A stretch of DNA of 64,000 nt from Gammaproteobacteria bacterium (GTDB lineage: Bacteria > Pseudomonadota > Gammaproteobacteria > Eutrophobiales > Eutrophobiaceae), in the NCBI GenBank assembly GCA_965215365.1, contig CBDCDS010000003.1, forward strand, positions 2,400,001 through 2,464,000, written 5' to 3'. Position 1 is the first letter of the stretch. The number at the start of each line of letters is the position of its first letter. Under the pieces are notes generated by a model that made no database searches, was not told the origin of the DNA, and was given only the letters and a program-made list of their open reading frames with translations. The translations under genes were made by a program, and so were the position numbers. Below, piece after piece: positions 1 through 10,451 of the stretch.

Positions 1-200
1 CAACTAATTCCAACTGCTTCAAACGACCGAGCGCGTCAGCATCGGTAGTATCATCGACGCGCCAACTGCGATATGATTTCACCCGCAGGCTTTTGATCTG
101 CATCGGGTAGTCCTCCTGTGTAAGTTAATCGAAATCACTTTACACACAGACTACCCGATTTCTTTATCTAAAGAGTCTCACTTGTTTCTGAACCCGGACA
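1..200 (-). mobile_element. IS481-family element, left end of a diverged third copy cut by the window edge; transposase 5' end at 103 reading toward position 1
   Basis: 1-200 is nearly identical to about 43572-43771 and ends in the reverse complement of TGTCCGGGTTCAGAAACAAGTGAGACTC. It differs at a few codons and in the hairpin loop upstream of the ATG. Confidence 0.9.
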
Positions 201-205
201 GCGCT

Positions 206-1590
206 AGAATTTTCCAATATGAAATGAGCCTGAAGGGCGGGTGTGATTCCAACATGAAATGAGCCTGAACGAGCCGGTATTCCCGTTCATGATACGAGGA
301 TGAAAACGATCATGAATGCGAATGACTTAACGCGTATTGAGCAGGTGCGCGATTTTCTGGCCGGGACCCAGCGGGTGATGTTTGAGGTTGCCAGCGACAA
401 GCAGAGTCGGTATGACTGGATACGGCGCACCCTGGTGACGTTTGATTACCTGGGCTGCAGCAAGGCGGACAAAGGGGCGCTCACGGCGTACCTGATGAAG
501 GTGAGCGGGTATTCCCGGGCACAGGTCAAGCGGCTGATTGGGCGCTACCGGGAGACCGGTACGTTAGCGGTGCGCCAGTGTACGGCGCGGGGCTTTGTCC
601 GACGCTACACGAAGGCCGATATCCGCCTGCTAGCGGCCATGGACGAGCGCCACAATACCCCGAATGGGTTGACCCTAAAGAAGCTCTGTGAGTGAGCCTA
701 TCAGGTGTTCGGCCAGGTCGAGTATGAACGCTTGGCCGGGATCTCGGTCTCGCACCTGTACAACTTACGGCGCTCGAAGACCTACCAACGTCAGCGCCAC
801 ACGATAGACAAGACCCGCCCGGTGGTGCGTGAGATCGGTGTACGGCGCAAACCGCAGCCGGACGGGCGCTGCGGTTATATCCGCATCGATACCGTGCATC
901 AGGGCGATTTAGACGGTGAAAAAGGGGTCTATCACATCAATGCGGTCGATGAGGTGACCCAGTTTGAAGTGGTCGTCAGCGTCGAGCGCATCACCGAGGT
1001 CTACCTCATCCCGGCACTTGAATACCTGCTTGATGCGTTCCCCTTTGTCCTCCTGGGCTTCCATGCCGACAACGGCTCGGAGTACATCAATAAACAGGTG
1101 GCCCAACTGTTAGAGAAGCTGCATATCGAACTGACCAAGTCCCGCCCCCGGCACAGCAACGACAACGCCCTGGTGGAATGCAAAAACGGACACGTGGTGC
1201 GCAAGCTCTTAGGCCACGCCCACATCCCGCGCCGCTGGGCCGGCCCGTTGAACGACTTCCACCGCCAGCACCTCAACCCCTATGTCAACTACCACCGACC
1301 CTGCCTGTTTCCACAAACCATCACCGACAACAAAGGGAAACAACGCAAGCGTTACCCCTACAAGAACCTCATGACCCCCTATGAAAAACTTAAATCCTTG
1401 GATGATGCCCAGACCTGTTTGAAACCGGACTTAAGCTTTGAGATACTGGATAAGGTCGCTTACCGAGTCAGCGACAACGCGGCCGCGGACGCCCTACAAC
1501 AGGCGCGCCGGGCCCTCTTTACCACCATCCATGAACAGGAATACAAACGGGCTTGAGATCGGGGCAGACTCTCTCTACTTCAGGCTCATT
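206..1590 (+). mobile_element. Degenerate IS with an rve/DDE integrase-type transposase (ISNCY/IS481-like)
   Basis: Left end AGAATTTTCCAATATGAAATGAGCCTGAA (206-234), with a second copy of the core at 247-269. Partial inverted right end CTTCAGGCTCATT (1578-1590). Encloses the transposase ORFs. Confidence 0.7.
300..1556 (+). pseudogene. Transposase/integrase (HTH plus rve DDE core) interrupted by one in-frame TGA at 693-695
   Basis: ORFs 300-695 and 705-1556 are in the same frame (..LCE*AYQVFG..). DDE motifs: RIDTVHQG, FHADNGSEY, NDNALVECKNG. Probably CGA>TGA. Confidence 0.85.
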
Positions 1591-1613
1591 GTCTGGCGCA
1601 ATGTCAATATCGC

Positions 1614-3080
1614 TTACCCTGAGACAGCACGCTGGCGCGGTGCCACAATGCTCACCAGCGTGCCCTGGCCCTGTTGCACGTCAAAACTCAGGCTCCAGCC
1701 GTGGCTCTGGCAGATTTTGAAGGCGATGGGGATGCCGAGGCCGGTGCCGAAGCGTTTGGTGGAGGGGCCGGGTTCGAGGTTGCCCGATTGCGGCTGGAAC
1801 GGCAGACCGGGGCCCTCATCGCGGATGCCGATGGTGACGCTCTGCGTGTTCTCGGTGATCGTCAGTAACAACCCGGTGCCCACCGGCGAGGCATCGACTG
1901 CGTTGGCCAGCAGCCCGTAGAGCGCCTGCTCCATCAGGTCGGGATCCACGCTCAGGGCCAGCGGCGCTGCCCCGTAGTCCCGTTTGACATCCAGACGTTT
2001 TTCCGCAATTTTTGCCTGCAACAATTCCAACGCGGTATCCAGCAAGGTAGCCACGCTGACCTCCCGGAACACCGGCTTTAACGGATGCAGGTAAGACACC
2101 AGCGCGTTCACCCAACGCCCCAGGCGATCGATGGTATCGACGATGGCCTGTTTACCTTCTTTCAGTTCCGCCTCGTTATCCACATCGTCCAACACCTGGG
2201 CAGTCGCCCTGATACTGGCCAGAGGGTTGCGAATGTTGTGGGCGACGACGGGGATCAGGCTGCCCAGCGCGGCCTGCCGTTCATGTTCAACCAGGGCGTC
2301 GCGGCTGGTTTTCAACTCGCCGGCCATCTGGTTTATGGAAGCGGCCAGTTCCGCCACCTCCTGCACACCCTGTTCCGGGATCCGACGCGCTAACCGCCCC
2401 TGGCTGATCTGTGCAGCACCGGCCATGATCGCGGCCATGGGGCGCACGAAACTGTTGCGGATTACGCGACTGCTGAAGATCACGATCACCACCGCCAGCA
2501 GAAACAGCACCGGGATCAGCACGGGCGCGTAGCGCGTCCACAGGGCAATAGTCCGTTGCAGTGCCTGATGCTGCCCGGTATATAACGCTTTCAGCTCTAG
2601 GTACTTATTCTCAAATTCATTGAACATGTCCCCGGTATCGCGAAAATCCAGGATAAGCGGTCTTGAGCCTGCGTCTGCCTGGTCCGGTTGTTCGACAATC
2701 CGGTAAATGTCTATTTGTATCTTGCGGTAAGCCAGTTGCAACGCCTGTATCACCTCGTCTTCATCCCGAGTCAGAGACGTGCGCCGCAACTGGTTGAAAT
2801 GACGACCAATTCGCTTTGAATATTCATAATATACTTGCAGCGCTTCGGCGTCTCCCAACCAGCGCGCCCCGGATACTTCCTGCAGTTGCCGATACAACTC
2901 GCCGCGCAGCTGCTCACTTAAATAAATGGAATTGTTGATACGCACCGACGCCGCAGAGGTTTTCTGCCAGATATAAGCAGACACCCCGGTCAACAACCCG
3001 GTCACCGCCACCAGGAATAAAAAAGCCACCTCATGCACCAGCAACAGGCGACCGAGGGAACGTTTGTGCGCGCGGGTCAT
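1614..3080 (-). CDS. Membrane sensor histidine kinase (2 TM, HAMP, HisKA, HATPase_c)
   Basis: H-box VAHNIRNPL, N-box LLANAVDA, G1 DEGPG, G2 GTGLG. Confidence 0.9.
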   Translation of the reverse strand: MTRAHKRSLGRLLLVHEVAFLFLVAVTGLLTGVSAYIWQKTSAASVRINNSIYLSEQLRGELYRQLQEVSGARWLGDAEALQVYYEYSKRIGRHFNQLRRTSLTRDEDEVIQALQLAYRKIQIDIYRIVEQPDQADAGSRPLILDFRDTGDMFNEFENKYLELKALYTGQHQALQRTIALWTRYAPVLIPVLFLLAVVIVIFSSRVIRNSFVRPMAAIMAGAAQISQGRLARRIPEQGVQEVAELAASINQMAGELKTSRDALVEHERQAALGSLIPVVAHNIRNPLASIRATAQVLDDVDNEAELKEGKQAIVDTIDRLGRWVNALVSYLHPLKPVFREVSVATLLDTALELLQAKIAEKRLDVKRDYGAAPLALSVDPDLMEQALYGLLANAVDASPVGTGLLLTITENTQSVTIGIRDEGPGLPFQPQSGNLEPGPSTKRFGTGLGIPIAFKICQSHGWSLSFDVQQGQGTLVSIVAPRQRAVSG

Positions 3081-5524
3081 TGCTGCATCTTATCATGCCA
3101 GAAACGCCGTTGCGCTTGCCGGTGTGCGGTCACTGTTATGCCCGTAACGTCCACCTTAACATGAATTGCTCCTCCCTGTGCGGTACTGAACAGCTGCACC
3201 CCACGTTCCCGATAGCGCGCCAGCACGTCCTCATGCGGCTGGCCGAAGCGGTTGCGGTAGCCGACCGGGAAAATGGCGATGGTCGGGGCAACCGTTGCCA
3301 CGAACTCTGGTGTTGATGAAGTCCTGCTACCGTGGTGCGGGACGACCAGCACCTTAGCTTGCAGGGCGGCGCCGTAGCGTTGCAACAGGTCTTGCTCGGC
3401 GCGCTGCTCTATGTCGCCAGACAGCAACAAGGTGTGTTGCCCGGCGCGCACCTGTAATACACAGGAACGGTCATTGGCGGACAGGTCCATGGCCGGCGGC
3501 GGGTGCAATACCCGGAATTCCACACCGTCCCAGCGCCAGGCTTGTCCGTCCTGACAGTGTGTCACTGGCTTATCCATAATGAACGGCAGTGCCGGCGCCG
3601 GCCGGGCTGTTGGCTGTGTCCGCCGTGCCATGCCGTCCAGGCCCACGCGCGCGCCCGCTGCGGGAGGCCGTAGCTGCGCCGCCGGAATCATTTCCGGCAC
3701 ACTGCTGATGACCTGTGCCACGGGGACTGCTTCCAGCACCGCCGGCAGGCCGCCGATGTGGTCGTTGTCGCCGTGACTTTGCACCAGCAAGTCCAGCGCG
3801 CCCACGCCGACACTGCGCAGGAACGGCGCTACCACCGCGGCGCCGGTGGTGAACCCGGAGGGAAAAGCCGGACCGGTATCGTACAGCAGGTTGTGGTTTT
3901 GCGTGCGCACCACCGCAGCGAGACCTTGCCCCACATCCAGTACATGCAACTCCACCGCGCCGAACCCCGGCCCCGGTTTGGCGGGGAAAAACAGCGGAGC
4001 CAGCCACACCAGTCCCAGCCACCGGGGCGCGCTGCCGCGCGGCAACAACAGGATCAGGACACCGATGCCAATCACCATCAGGGTCAACAGGTCCGGCTGA
4101 GCGACGGCAAGCAGCCGGAAGTCCCAAGCGGCAATAACTTCCAGCACCCGCCAGAGCACATGCAGAGACAGCAGGGCAAGTTGCAGCAACCAGTCTATCC
4201 CGACCAGCAACAACAGGCAGCCACCAAGCACTAGGGGTATCACGATGAAACTGACCCAGGGCACTGCAAACAGGTTTGCCGGCAGGCTGAACACCGGTAA
4301 CTGCTGGTAATACCAGGCCAACGCCGGTATCAGGCCCAGGGTGACGATGTATTGCACCCGGCCCCATTCCCGCAGGCGCCGTTGCGACAAGTGCACGCGG
4401 TAGCCGATACCGTAAAATATCACCGCCACCGCGCCGAAGGACAGCCAGAAACTCGCGGCCATGGCCGCAAACGGGTCCAGTATCAGCGCCGCCAACAGCG
4501 CCAGCCCCAGCACCTCGCCCAACGGCGCCGTGCGGTTGCACAGTTTCATGCCGAAATATACCCACAGCATGACCAGCGCGCGTTGGGTGGGGAGCGCAAA
4601 GCCAGCCAGCAGCGCGTAGCCCAGCGCCGCCAGCATGGCGCAGATTGCCGCCACCCGGATGGCCGGCGCCCGGCTTAGCCCCCGCCCCGGCATCCAACCC
4701 GGCAGGCCGGACGCGTACGCCTGCAACCCGCCCCAGCACTTCAACATGAGCAGGTACACCAGACCCGCCACCAGGCCGATATGCAGGCCGGAGATAGCTA
4801 TCAGGTGATTGGTACCGGTGGCGCTTAACGTGTCCCATTGTGCCGCGCTCAAGCCGCTACGGTCGCCAACCGCCAACGCCGGCACGAGGCCGGCCAGCGG
4901 CTCGCTCCCCAACGCCTGCCGCAGCCGTTCCCTGAGATGATAGCGCAATGCTGCGGGGCTGAAGCGGGCGGCGGCGCGCAGCCGCATATTATCCTCGCTC
5001 ACCACCACGTAGCCCGTTGCCCGCAAGCGGTTCTGGAACAGCCAGGCCTCATAATCAAAACCGCCGGGATTCATATACCCATGCGGCCGTTTCAGCCTGA
5101 CCTTGAGCCGCCAGCGCTCGCCGGGGCGCAACGGTTGGGCCTGGTCATACCAGCTCAACCTGACTAATCCCGGGTCGGATGTAATGGGCCGCCCGTAGTG
5201 ATGCAGGCGGTCGATACGGAAATTAAAGCGTAGCGCGCGCACATCCGCCTGCGGCAATGACGTTACCACGCCTTCGACAAACAGCGACTTGCCCTCGTCC
5301 TCGGGCAACAGTTCCCGCGGCAACAGCAGGTGTGCATGGAGCAGTGCCCACAGCAACCCGCCGAGCAGACAGACTGGCAGCCAGAGCGGGAATTTACCGC
5401 GACGCCAGCGCCAGCCCAGCCAGATCACCAGCGGTAACCCCGCCACAACCCAGAGCGGCGGCAACACGGGAACGCGGAAACAGGCGACAACGCCGAGCAG
5501 AAATGACAGTCCCTTGAAGAGCAT
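3077..5524 (-). CDS. comEC: DNA internalization competence protein ComEC/Rec2
   Basis: NPGGFDYE, HLIAISGLH, DVGQG, SHGDNDH, HHGSRTSS, NRFG motifs; follows lolD as is typical. Confidence 0.95.
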   Translation of the reverse strand: MLFKGLSFLLGVVACFRVPVLPPLWVVAGLPLVIWLGWRWRRGKFPLWLPVCLLGGLLWALLHAHLLLPRELLPEDEGKSLFVEGVVTSLPQADVRALRFNFRIDRLHHYGRPITSDPGLVRLSWYDQAQPLRPGERWRLKVRLKRPHGYMNPGGFDYEAWLFQNRLRATGYVVVSEDNMRLRAAARFSPAALRYHLRERLRQALGSEPLAGLVPALAVGDRSGLSAAQWDTLSATGTNHLIAISGLHIGLVAGLVYLLMLKCWGGLQAYASGLPGWMPGRGLSRAPAIRVAAICAMLAALGYALLAGFALPTQRALVMLWVYFGMKLCNRTAPLGEVLGLALLAALILDPFAAMAASFWLSFGAVAVIFYGIGYRVHLSQRRLREWGRVQYIVTLGLIPALAWYYQQLPVFSLPANLFAVPWVSFIVIPLVLGGCLLLLVGIDWLLQLALLSLHVLWRVLEVIAAWDFRLLAVAQPDLLTLMVIGIGVLILLLPRGSAPRWLGLVWLAPLFFPAKPGPGFGAVELHVLDVGQGLAAVVRTQNHNLLYDTGPAFPSGFTTGAAVVAPFLRSVGVGALDLLVQSHGDNDHIGGLPAVLEAVPVAQVISSVPEMIPAAQLRPPAAGARVGLDGMARRTQPTARPAPALPFIMDKPVTHCQDGQAWRWDGVEFRVLHPPPAMDLSANDRSCVLQVRAGQHTLLLSGDIEQRAEQDLLQRYGAALQAKVLVVPHHGSRTSSTPEFVATVAPTIAIFPVGYRNRFGQPHEDVLARYRERGVQLFSTAQGGAIHVKVDVTGITVTAHRQAQRRFWHDKMQQ

Positions 5525-5538
5525 GATCCTTCAGGTTT

Positions 5539-6231
5539 TCAGTTAACCCGCCTGATTCCCAGCCTCCCCTCACTCAACTCATACACCTTATCCAGTCGCT
5601 GCAGCAGGCGGGTGTTGTGGGTCACCATCACCAGGCTGATGCCGTGGGTCTTGTTCAGCTCCAACATCAGTGAGAAGACCCGCTCGGCAGTCTGTTCGTC
5701 CAGGTTACCGGTGGGCTCGTCCGCCAGTACGCAGCGCGGGCGGGTCACCAGTGCCCGGGCAATGGCGGCGCGTTGTCGCTCGCCGCCGGACAATTCCCCC
5801 GGTTTGTGTTGCAGGCGTGCGGCCAGCCCCACTTGTTGCAGTATATCCGTGGCCGCGGCGGCGGCGGTTGGTGGCGCCTCCCCGCGCACCAGCAATGGCA
5901 ACGCCACGTTCTCCAGCGCGGTAAACTCCGCCAGCAGATGGTGGAATTGATAGACAAACCCCAAGGTCCGGTTGCGCTGGCGACCGACCTCCGCCTCGGA
6001 CAGCGTCGCCAGCACCACCCCATCCAGCGTTACTGTCCCGGCACTGGTTTTATCCAGCCCGCCCAGCAGGTGCAGCAAGGTGCTCTTGCCGGAACCGGAC
6101 GAACCGACAATACCAATACAGGCGCCGGCTTCCACTTTCAGCTCAATGCCTTTTAATACCTCCACATGCAGGTTGCCCTGGCTGAAGGTCTTGCGCAGGC
6201 CGGAACAGGCCAGGGTAATGGGATTACTCAT
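5539..6231 (-). CDS. lolD: Lipoprotein-releasing ABC transporter ATP-binding protein
   Basis: [35 protein letters not shown]. Start moved to MSNPITL (6231), overlapping the upstream stop. Confidence 0.95.
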   Translation of the reverse strand: MSNPITLACSGLRKTFSQGNLHVEVLKGIELKVEAGACIGIVGSSGSGKSTLLHLLGGLDKTSAGTVTLDGVVLATLSEAEVGRQRNRTLGFVYQFHHLLAEFTALENVALPLLVRGEAPPTAAAAATDILQQVGLAARLQHKPGELSGGERQRAAIARALVTRPRCVLADEPTGNLDEQTAERVFSLMLELNKTHGISLVMVTHNTRLLQRLDKVYELSEGRLGIRRVN

Positions 6232-7483
6232 GACGCAATGCCTCCGCCGGGCGCGTGCGGGCCGCGCGCCAGGCCGGGTACAGGGTCGCCAGCAGCGCAC
6301 ATGCAAATGCCGCGCCGGCAATCACGGCGACATCCGTCCAGTACAGGTCGGAAGGTAATTCACTGATAAAATACACCTCCGGCGCGAGGAATTGTACTTG
6401 CAGGTAATGTTCCAGCGCCGCCACAATCGTGTCGATGTTAAGCGCCAGACCGACGCCGCCGGCGACGCCCAGCAGCGCGCCGGCGCCGCCCAGCGCCGCA
6501 CCCTGGATGATAAAGATCTGCATGATGTCCGCGGGCGCCGCGCCCAGAGTGCGTAATACCGCAATATCCGCTTGTTTGTCTGTGACCATCATCATCAGGG
6601 TGGAAATGATATTAAATGCCGCCACGGCAACGATCAGGACCAGGATGACAAACATCATCTTCTTGGTCATTTGAATCGAGTGAAAGTAATTCACATGCCG
6701 TTGCGTCCAGTCGATGATACCGAGGCGCTCGACCAGGTGTCCGGGCAGGTCGCGGAACGCCTCCCGGCTGAGGCGCGGCGCCTGCCGCGCGTCTGTAGTC
6801 TTCAGGCGCAGGCCGGTGGCGCCGCCGGTGCGAAAAAACCGGGCCGCATCGTCCAGATGGATAAACACGACGGCGCTGTCGAACTCGTACATATCGGTGT
6901 CATAGACCCCCACCACAGTAAAGCGCTTGAGTCTGGGCAGGATGCCGGCGGGCGTTATTCTTGCCGTCGGCGCGACCAGCGTCACCTTGTCGCCCGGCTG
7001 TGCCTGCAGCCGCGCCAGCAGGTCTGCGCCCAGGATGATCCCGTACTCTCCCGGCGCCAGCGCAACCAGCTCCCCGGCGATCATTTTCTCCGCCAAAAAC
7101 GACACCTGCGCTTCCGTTTGCGGCAAAATCCCGCGCGCCATCACCCCTTTCATCTGTTCCTTGAATGTCACCATACCGGTCGCTTCCACGTAAGGCGAAA
7201 CGCCTGTGATGTCCTCATGTTGTTGCGCCAGGGCTGCGAGCTCCTGCCAGTGTGCAAGCGCATCGTCGTAACCGATGACTACCGCTTCGGCCTCCATGCC
7301 GACCAGGTGTTCGGTCAGCACTCGCTCAAACCCATTGACCACGGACAATACTGTGATGAGCACGATGACCCCCAAGGCAATGCCCAGCGTCGCCAGCAGG
7401 GAAATAAACGAGATAAACCGGTTGCGACGCTTCGACATCACGTAGCGCAACCCGATAAAGCTGCGGTAAGACCCCGCCCTCAT
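6224..7483 (-). CDS. lolE: Lipoprotein-releasing ABC transporter permease LolC/E family
   Basis: [48 protein letters not shown]. The C versus E assignment is uncertain. Confidence 0.85.
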   Translation of the reverse strand: MRAGSYRSFIGLRYVMSKRRNRFISFISLLATLGIALGVIVLITVLSVVNGFERVLTEHLVGMEAEAVVIGYDDALAHWQELAALAQQHEDITGVSPYVEATGMVTFKEQMKGVMARGILPQTEAQVSFLAEKMIAGELVALAPGEYGIILGADLLARLQAQPGDKVTLVAPTARITPAGILPRLKRFTVVGVYDTDMYEFDSAVVFIHLDDAARFFRTGGATGLRLKTTDARQAPRLSREAFRDLPGHLVERLGIIDWTQRHVNYFHSIQMTKKMMFVILVLIVAVAAFNIISTLMMMVTDKQADIAVLRTLGAAPADIMQIFIIQGAALGGAGALLGVAGGVGLALNIDTIVAALEHYLQVQFLAPEVYFISELPSDLYWTDVAVIAGAAFACALLATLYPAWRAARTRPAEALRHE

Positions 7484-7501
7484 TGCTCACGCCCGACCAT
7501 T

Positions 7502-8746
7502 TTACTCATATCTGAGCGCCGTCGCCGGCTGTACTTGCGCGGCGCGCCAGGCCGGATAAATCGTGGCGGCCACGGCCAGCAGCAAGGCCAGCGCCACGGT
7601 CACGCCCACATCTTGCCAGCGCAATTCGGCGGGCAGCTCGCTGATGTAATACACGTCCGGTGAAAACAGCCTGACGTTCAGTAACTGTTCCGCCGCCAGC
7701 ATGATGGCGTTGATGTTTTGCGCCAGCCACACCCCGCCCAGCGCCCCCAGCATGATCCCAGCCAGACCGATCACCGCGCCCTGGATGATGAAGATCTGCA
7801 TAATAGCGCGCGGCGTAGCGCCCAGCGTGCGCAACACGGCAATATCCGCCTGCTTGTCGGTCACCACCATCATCAGGGTGGCAATCACGTTGAAGGCCGC
7901 CACCGCAATGATCAACATGAGAATGACCGTCATCACCTGCTTCTCGGTCTTCAGCGCGCGGAAAAACAGCGCATGACGGCGGGTCCAGTCAACCACCTCA
8001 TACTGCTCTGGCAACGCCTGCACAGCCGCCCTGCCGAGCGCCGGCGCCTGCATCACGTCGGCAGTTTTCAGCCTGAGCCCGGCCGGACCCGGCCGGTTGA
8101 ACAACAACAAGGCATCGTCTAGGTGCAGCAACGCCAGACCGCTGTCGAACTCGTGCATGCCGGCGCTGAAAATGCCGACTACGGTAAACCGCTGCAAACG
8201 TGGCAGGAAACCCGCGCCACCACCACCGATCCGGGGCGCAACCAGAGTAATGGTGTCACCGACCATGACTCGCAGTTTGTGCGCCGCCTCAGCGCCGATG
8301 ATCATGCCAAACCCGCCCGGCTTCAGCGCAAAGAACTCGCCCGCTTCCATCTTTTCCGCAACCAGGGACACGGTGGTTTCCGCCGCCGGGTCAATACCGC
8401 GCAACGCCACCCCATGCACACGCTGCTCGTGCACCAGCATCCCTTCCGCTCGAAAATACGGCGCCACCCCGACGATGCCCTCGCCCTGCGCCAGGGTCGC
8501 AGCCACTGTACGCCAATCACTGAGGGCGCTGTCGTTGCTGATGACTTCGACATGGGACGCCATGCCCAGGATACGCCCGGTGAGTTCCTGCTGAAACCCG
8601 TTCATCACCGATAACACAGTAATCAGCGCCAGCACCCCGATGGCAATGCCCAGCATGGATACCAGCGATATGAACGAAATAAAATGGTGGCGCCGCCGGG
8701 CCCTGAGGTAACGCAGTCCAATAAAGGCTTGGAAGGGGTTGAACAT
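7502..8746 (-). CDS. lolC: Lipoprotein-releasing ABC transporter permease LolC/E family
   Basis: FIGLRYL, FISFIS, LSVMNGF, YPAWRAA; likely start MFNPF (8746). The C versus E assignment is uncertain. Confidence 0.85.
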   Translation of the reverse strand: MFNPFQAFIGLRYLRARRRHHFISFISLVSMLGIAIGVLALITVLSVMNGFQQELTGRILGMASHVEVISNDSALSDWRTVAATLAQGEGIVGVAPYFRAEGMLVHEQRVHGVALRGIDPAAETTVSLVAEKMEAGEFFALKPGGFGMIIGAEAAHKLRVMVGDTITLVAPRIGGGGAGFLPRLQRFTVVGIFSAGMHEFDSGLALLHLDDALLLFNRPGPAGLRLKTADVMQAPALGRAAVQALPEQYEVVDWTRRHALFFRALKTEKQVMTVILMLIIAVAAFNVIATLMMVVTDKQADIAVLRTLGATPRAIMQIFIIQGAVIGLAGIMLGALGGVWLAQNINAIMLAAEQLLNVRLFSPDVYYISELPAELRWQDVGVTVALALLLAVAATIYPAWRAAQVQPATALRYE

Positions 8747-8812
8747 GCGTTTAGTATAACCGTATCGGGTAGGGGTCAAGGAAAAAAAGAGAATAGACTA
8801 TAATAGTCAACC

Positions 8813-9553
8813 ATGAACATCCTCGCGCTGGATACCGCCACGGAAGCCTGCTCTGCGGCCCTGCTGTCAGGACCTGCCGTGCACGAACGCCACGAAGTCG
8901 CGCCGCGCCGCCATGCGGAGTTGATCCTGCCCATGGTGGATGCCGTGCTGGCAGACGCCGGACTGAAGCTGAACGATCTTGACGCCATTGCCTTCGGTCG
9001 GGGGCCCGGGGCCTTCACCGGCGTGCGCATCGCAGCCGCAGTAACCCAGGGCCTGGCCACCGGCGCCGGCCTGCCGGTACTGCCTGTTTCCTCGCTGGCC
9101 GCGCTGGCACAAGGGGCGCTGAACAATGCCGCAGCCGCCAGACTTGCAGGCCCACCCACCGCACCCGGGCCGGCGCTACCCCACACCACACCCGGTCAGG
9201 ACACTATCGTGCTGGCCGCTATCGACGCGCGCATGGGGGAAATATACTGGAGCCTGTACGAACCCGACGCAGACGGCCTGGCAACGCCGCTAGCCGCGGA
9301 ACAGGTCACCGCGCCGGCGGCGCTGAAGGCACCCGGCGACCGGCAAATTTTCGCCATCGGCAGTGGCTGGAAGACTTACTGCGAGCCGCTGCAACGCATT
9401 CTGTCAGAGCGAGTCACCGGCGCCGACCCGGAGCGCTTGCCGCTGGCAAAGGACCTGCTGCCGTTGGCAGCAAGAGAGTACCACGCCGGCCGCAGCGTCA
9501 ATGCAGAACAGGCGTTACCTGTTTACCTGCGGGACAAGGTGGTGAGCGGTTGA
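8813..9553 (+). CDS. tsaB: tRNA threonylcarbamoyladenosine biosynthesis protein TsaB
   Basis: ILALDTATEACS, GRGPGAFTGVRI, IDARMGEIY, PVYLR. Confidence 0.95.
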   Translation: MNILALDTATEACSAALLSGPAVHERHEVAPRRHAELILPMVDAVLADAGLKLNDLDAIAFGRGPGAFTGVRIAAAVTQGLATGAGLPVLPVSSLAALAQGALNNAAAARLAGPPTAPGPALPHTTPGQDTIVLAAIDARMGEIYWSLYEPDADGLATPLAAEQVTAPAALKAPGDRQIFAIGSGWKTYCEPLQRILSERVTGADPERLPLAKDLLPLAAREYHAGRSVNAEQALPVYLRDKVVSG

Positions 9554-9630
9554 CGCATTTTGTGGTGTTTTCCAGAGCCCGAACCAGGCGGCATTCCCGT
9601 TCATGCGGGGCGCGCTGCAGGTGTGAGCCC

Positions 9631-10011
9631 TCAAAGTTCCTTCACAAACTCCAGATAAACGTCTTCATCCATAAACTGCTCCAGTTCGCCCGCATCATCA
9701 GGCACTATTTTGAAAAACCAACCGCTGTTCATGGGGTCGAAATTGACTGCTTCGGGCTTGTCTGCCAGGGCGCCATTTACTGCCAGCACTTCGCCATTGA
9801 TGGCCGCCTTGATCTCGCCGGCGGCCTTGACTGATTCGATGACCGCGGCGTCACTGCCAGCGCTTAGAATTTCGCCTGCGTTGGGTAACTCGACATAGAC
9901 TACATCGCCCAGCTGCTCCTGGGCGTAATCAGTGATACCGACCGTCACTGACCCGTCATCTTCCAGCCGCAGCCACTCATGCTCTTCGGTAAACTTGACA
10001 GTACCACTCAT
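9631..10011 (-). CDS. gcvH: Glycine cleavage system H protein
   Basis: HEW, GITDYAQEQLGDVVYVELP, lipoyl-Lys ESVKAA, GWFFK. Confidence 0.95.
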   Translation of the reverse strand: MSGTVKFTEEHEWLRLEDDGSVTVGITDYAQEQLGDVVYVELPNAGEILSAGSDAAVIESVKAAGEIKAAINGEVLAVNGALADKPEAVNFDPMNSGWFFKIVPDDAGELEQFMDEDVYLEFVKEL

Positions 10012-10225
10012 GCGACAATCTCCTCGTTGAACTGTGTTATGACCACCTGTAAAAATCAGCGGCGTGCTTTTTCGCTATTTTGACGTATAACCCCGGTGGA
10101 TACAATAATTAAAACGTACTCAGCCTGGCCAATGTACCAGACGCAGCACGCAGCACGCCCGGATGCTGACAAGGCAGTTCAATTTGCTGTAGCATAGTGT
10201 TAACCACAAAGTCAGAGGTGACAAG

Positions 10226-10432
10226 ATGACTACAGATACCATCACACTTGCAGAAGAACTGGAATCCTCCGGACTGGATACGGCTCCGGCCAAAAGAATT
10301 GCCAAAGCGATTCATGAGCATCAATCTGAGCATTTTGCCACAAAAGCGGACCTGGCAGAGTTAAAAATCTCGTTAATGATCTGGAACGCCGTGCTGGCGG
10401 GGCTGGTTGTAGCTCTGATTAAACTTATCTGA
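10226..10432 (+). CDS. Small coiled-coil membrane-anchored protein (DUF1640/CCDC90-like)
   Basis: DT..LAEELESSG, ATKADL motif and C-terminal TM helix; GAGG RBS upstream. Confidence 0.65.
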   Translation: MTTDTITLAEELESSGLDTAPAKRIAKAIHEHQSEHFATKADLAELKISLMIWNAVLAGLVVALIKLI

Positions 10433-10451
10433 GTCTCCCCATCTTCCGGCT

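Noticed and set aside
212-269. Two 23-bp direct repeats as a mini CRISPR array
   Set aside because: Only two units with a 12-bp spacer and no cas genes. The motif is inverted at the other end of the transposase, so it is an IS end.
693-695. TGA as selenocysteine or programmed readthrough
   Set aside because: The context fits Arg (CGA>TGA), it is not a redox site, and the right IS end is also decayed. A nonsense mutation is simpler.
3570-8614. Long overlapping or antisense ORFs (3570-4838, 6572-7663 and similar ones across the window)
   Set aside because: These are shadow ORFs of GC-rich genes with no recognisable motifs.
10141-10158. ACGCAGC 7-mer tandem repeat
   Set aside because: About 2.5 units, too short to interpret.
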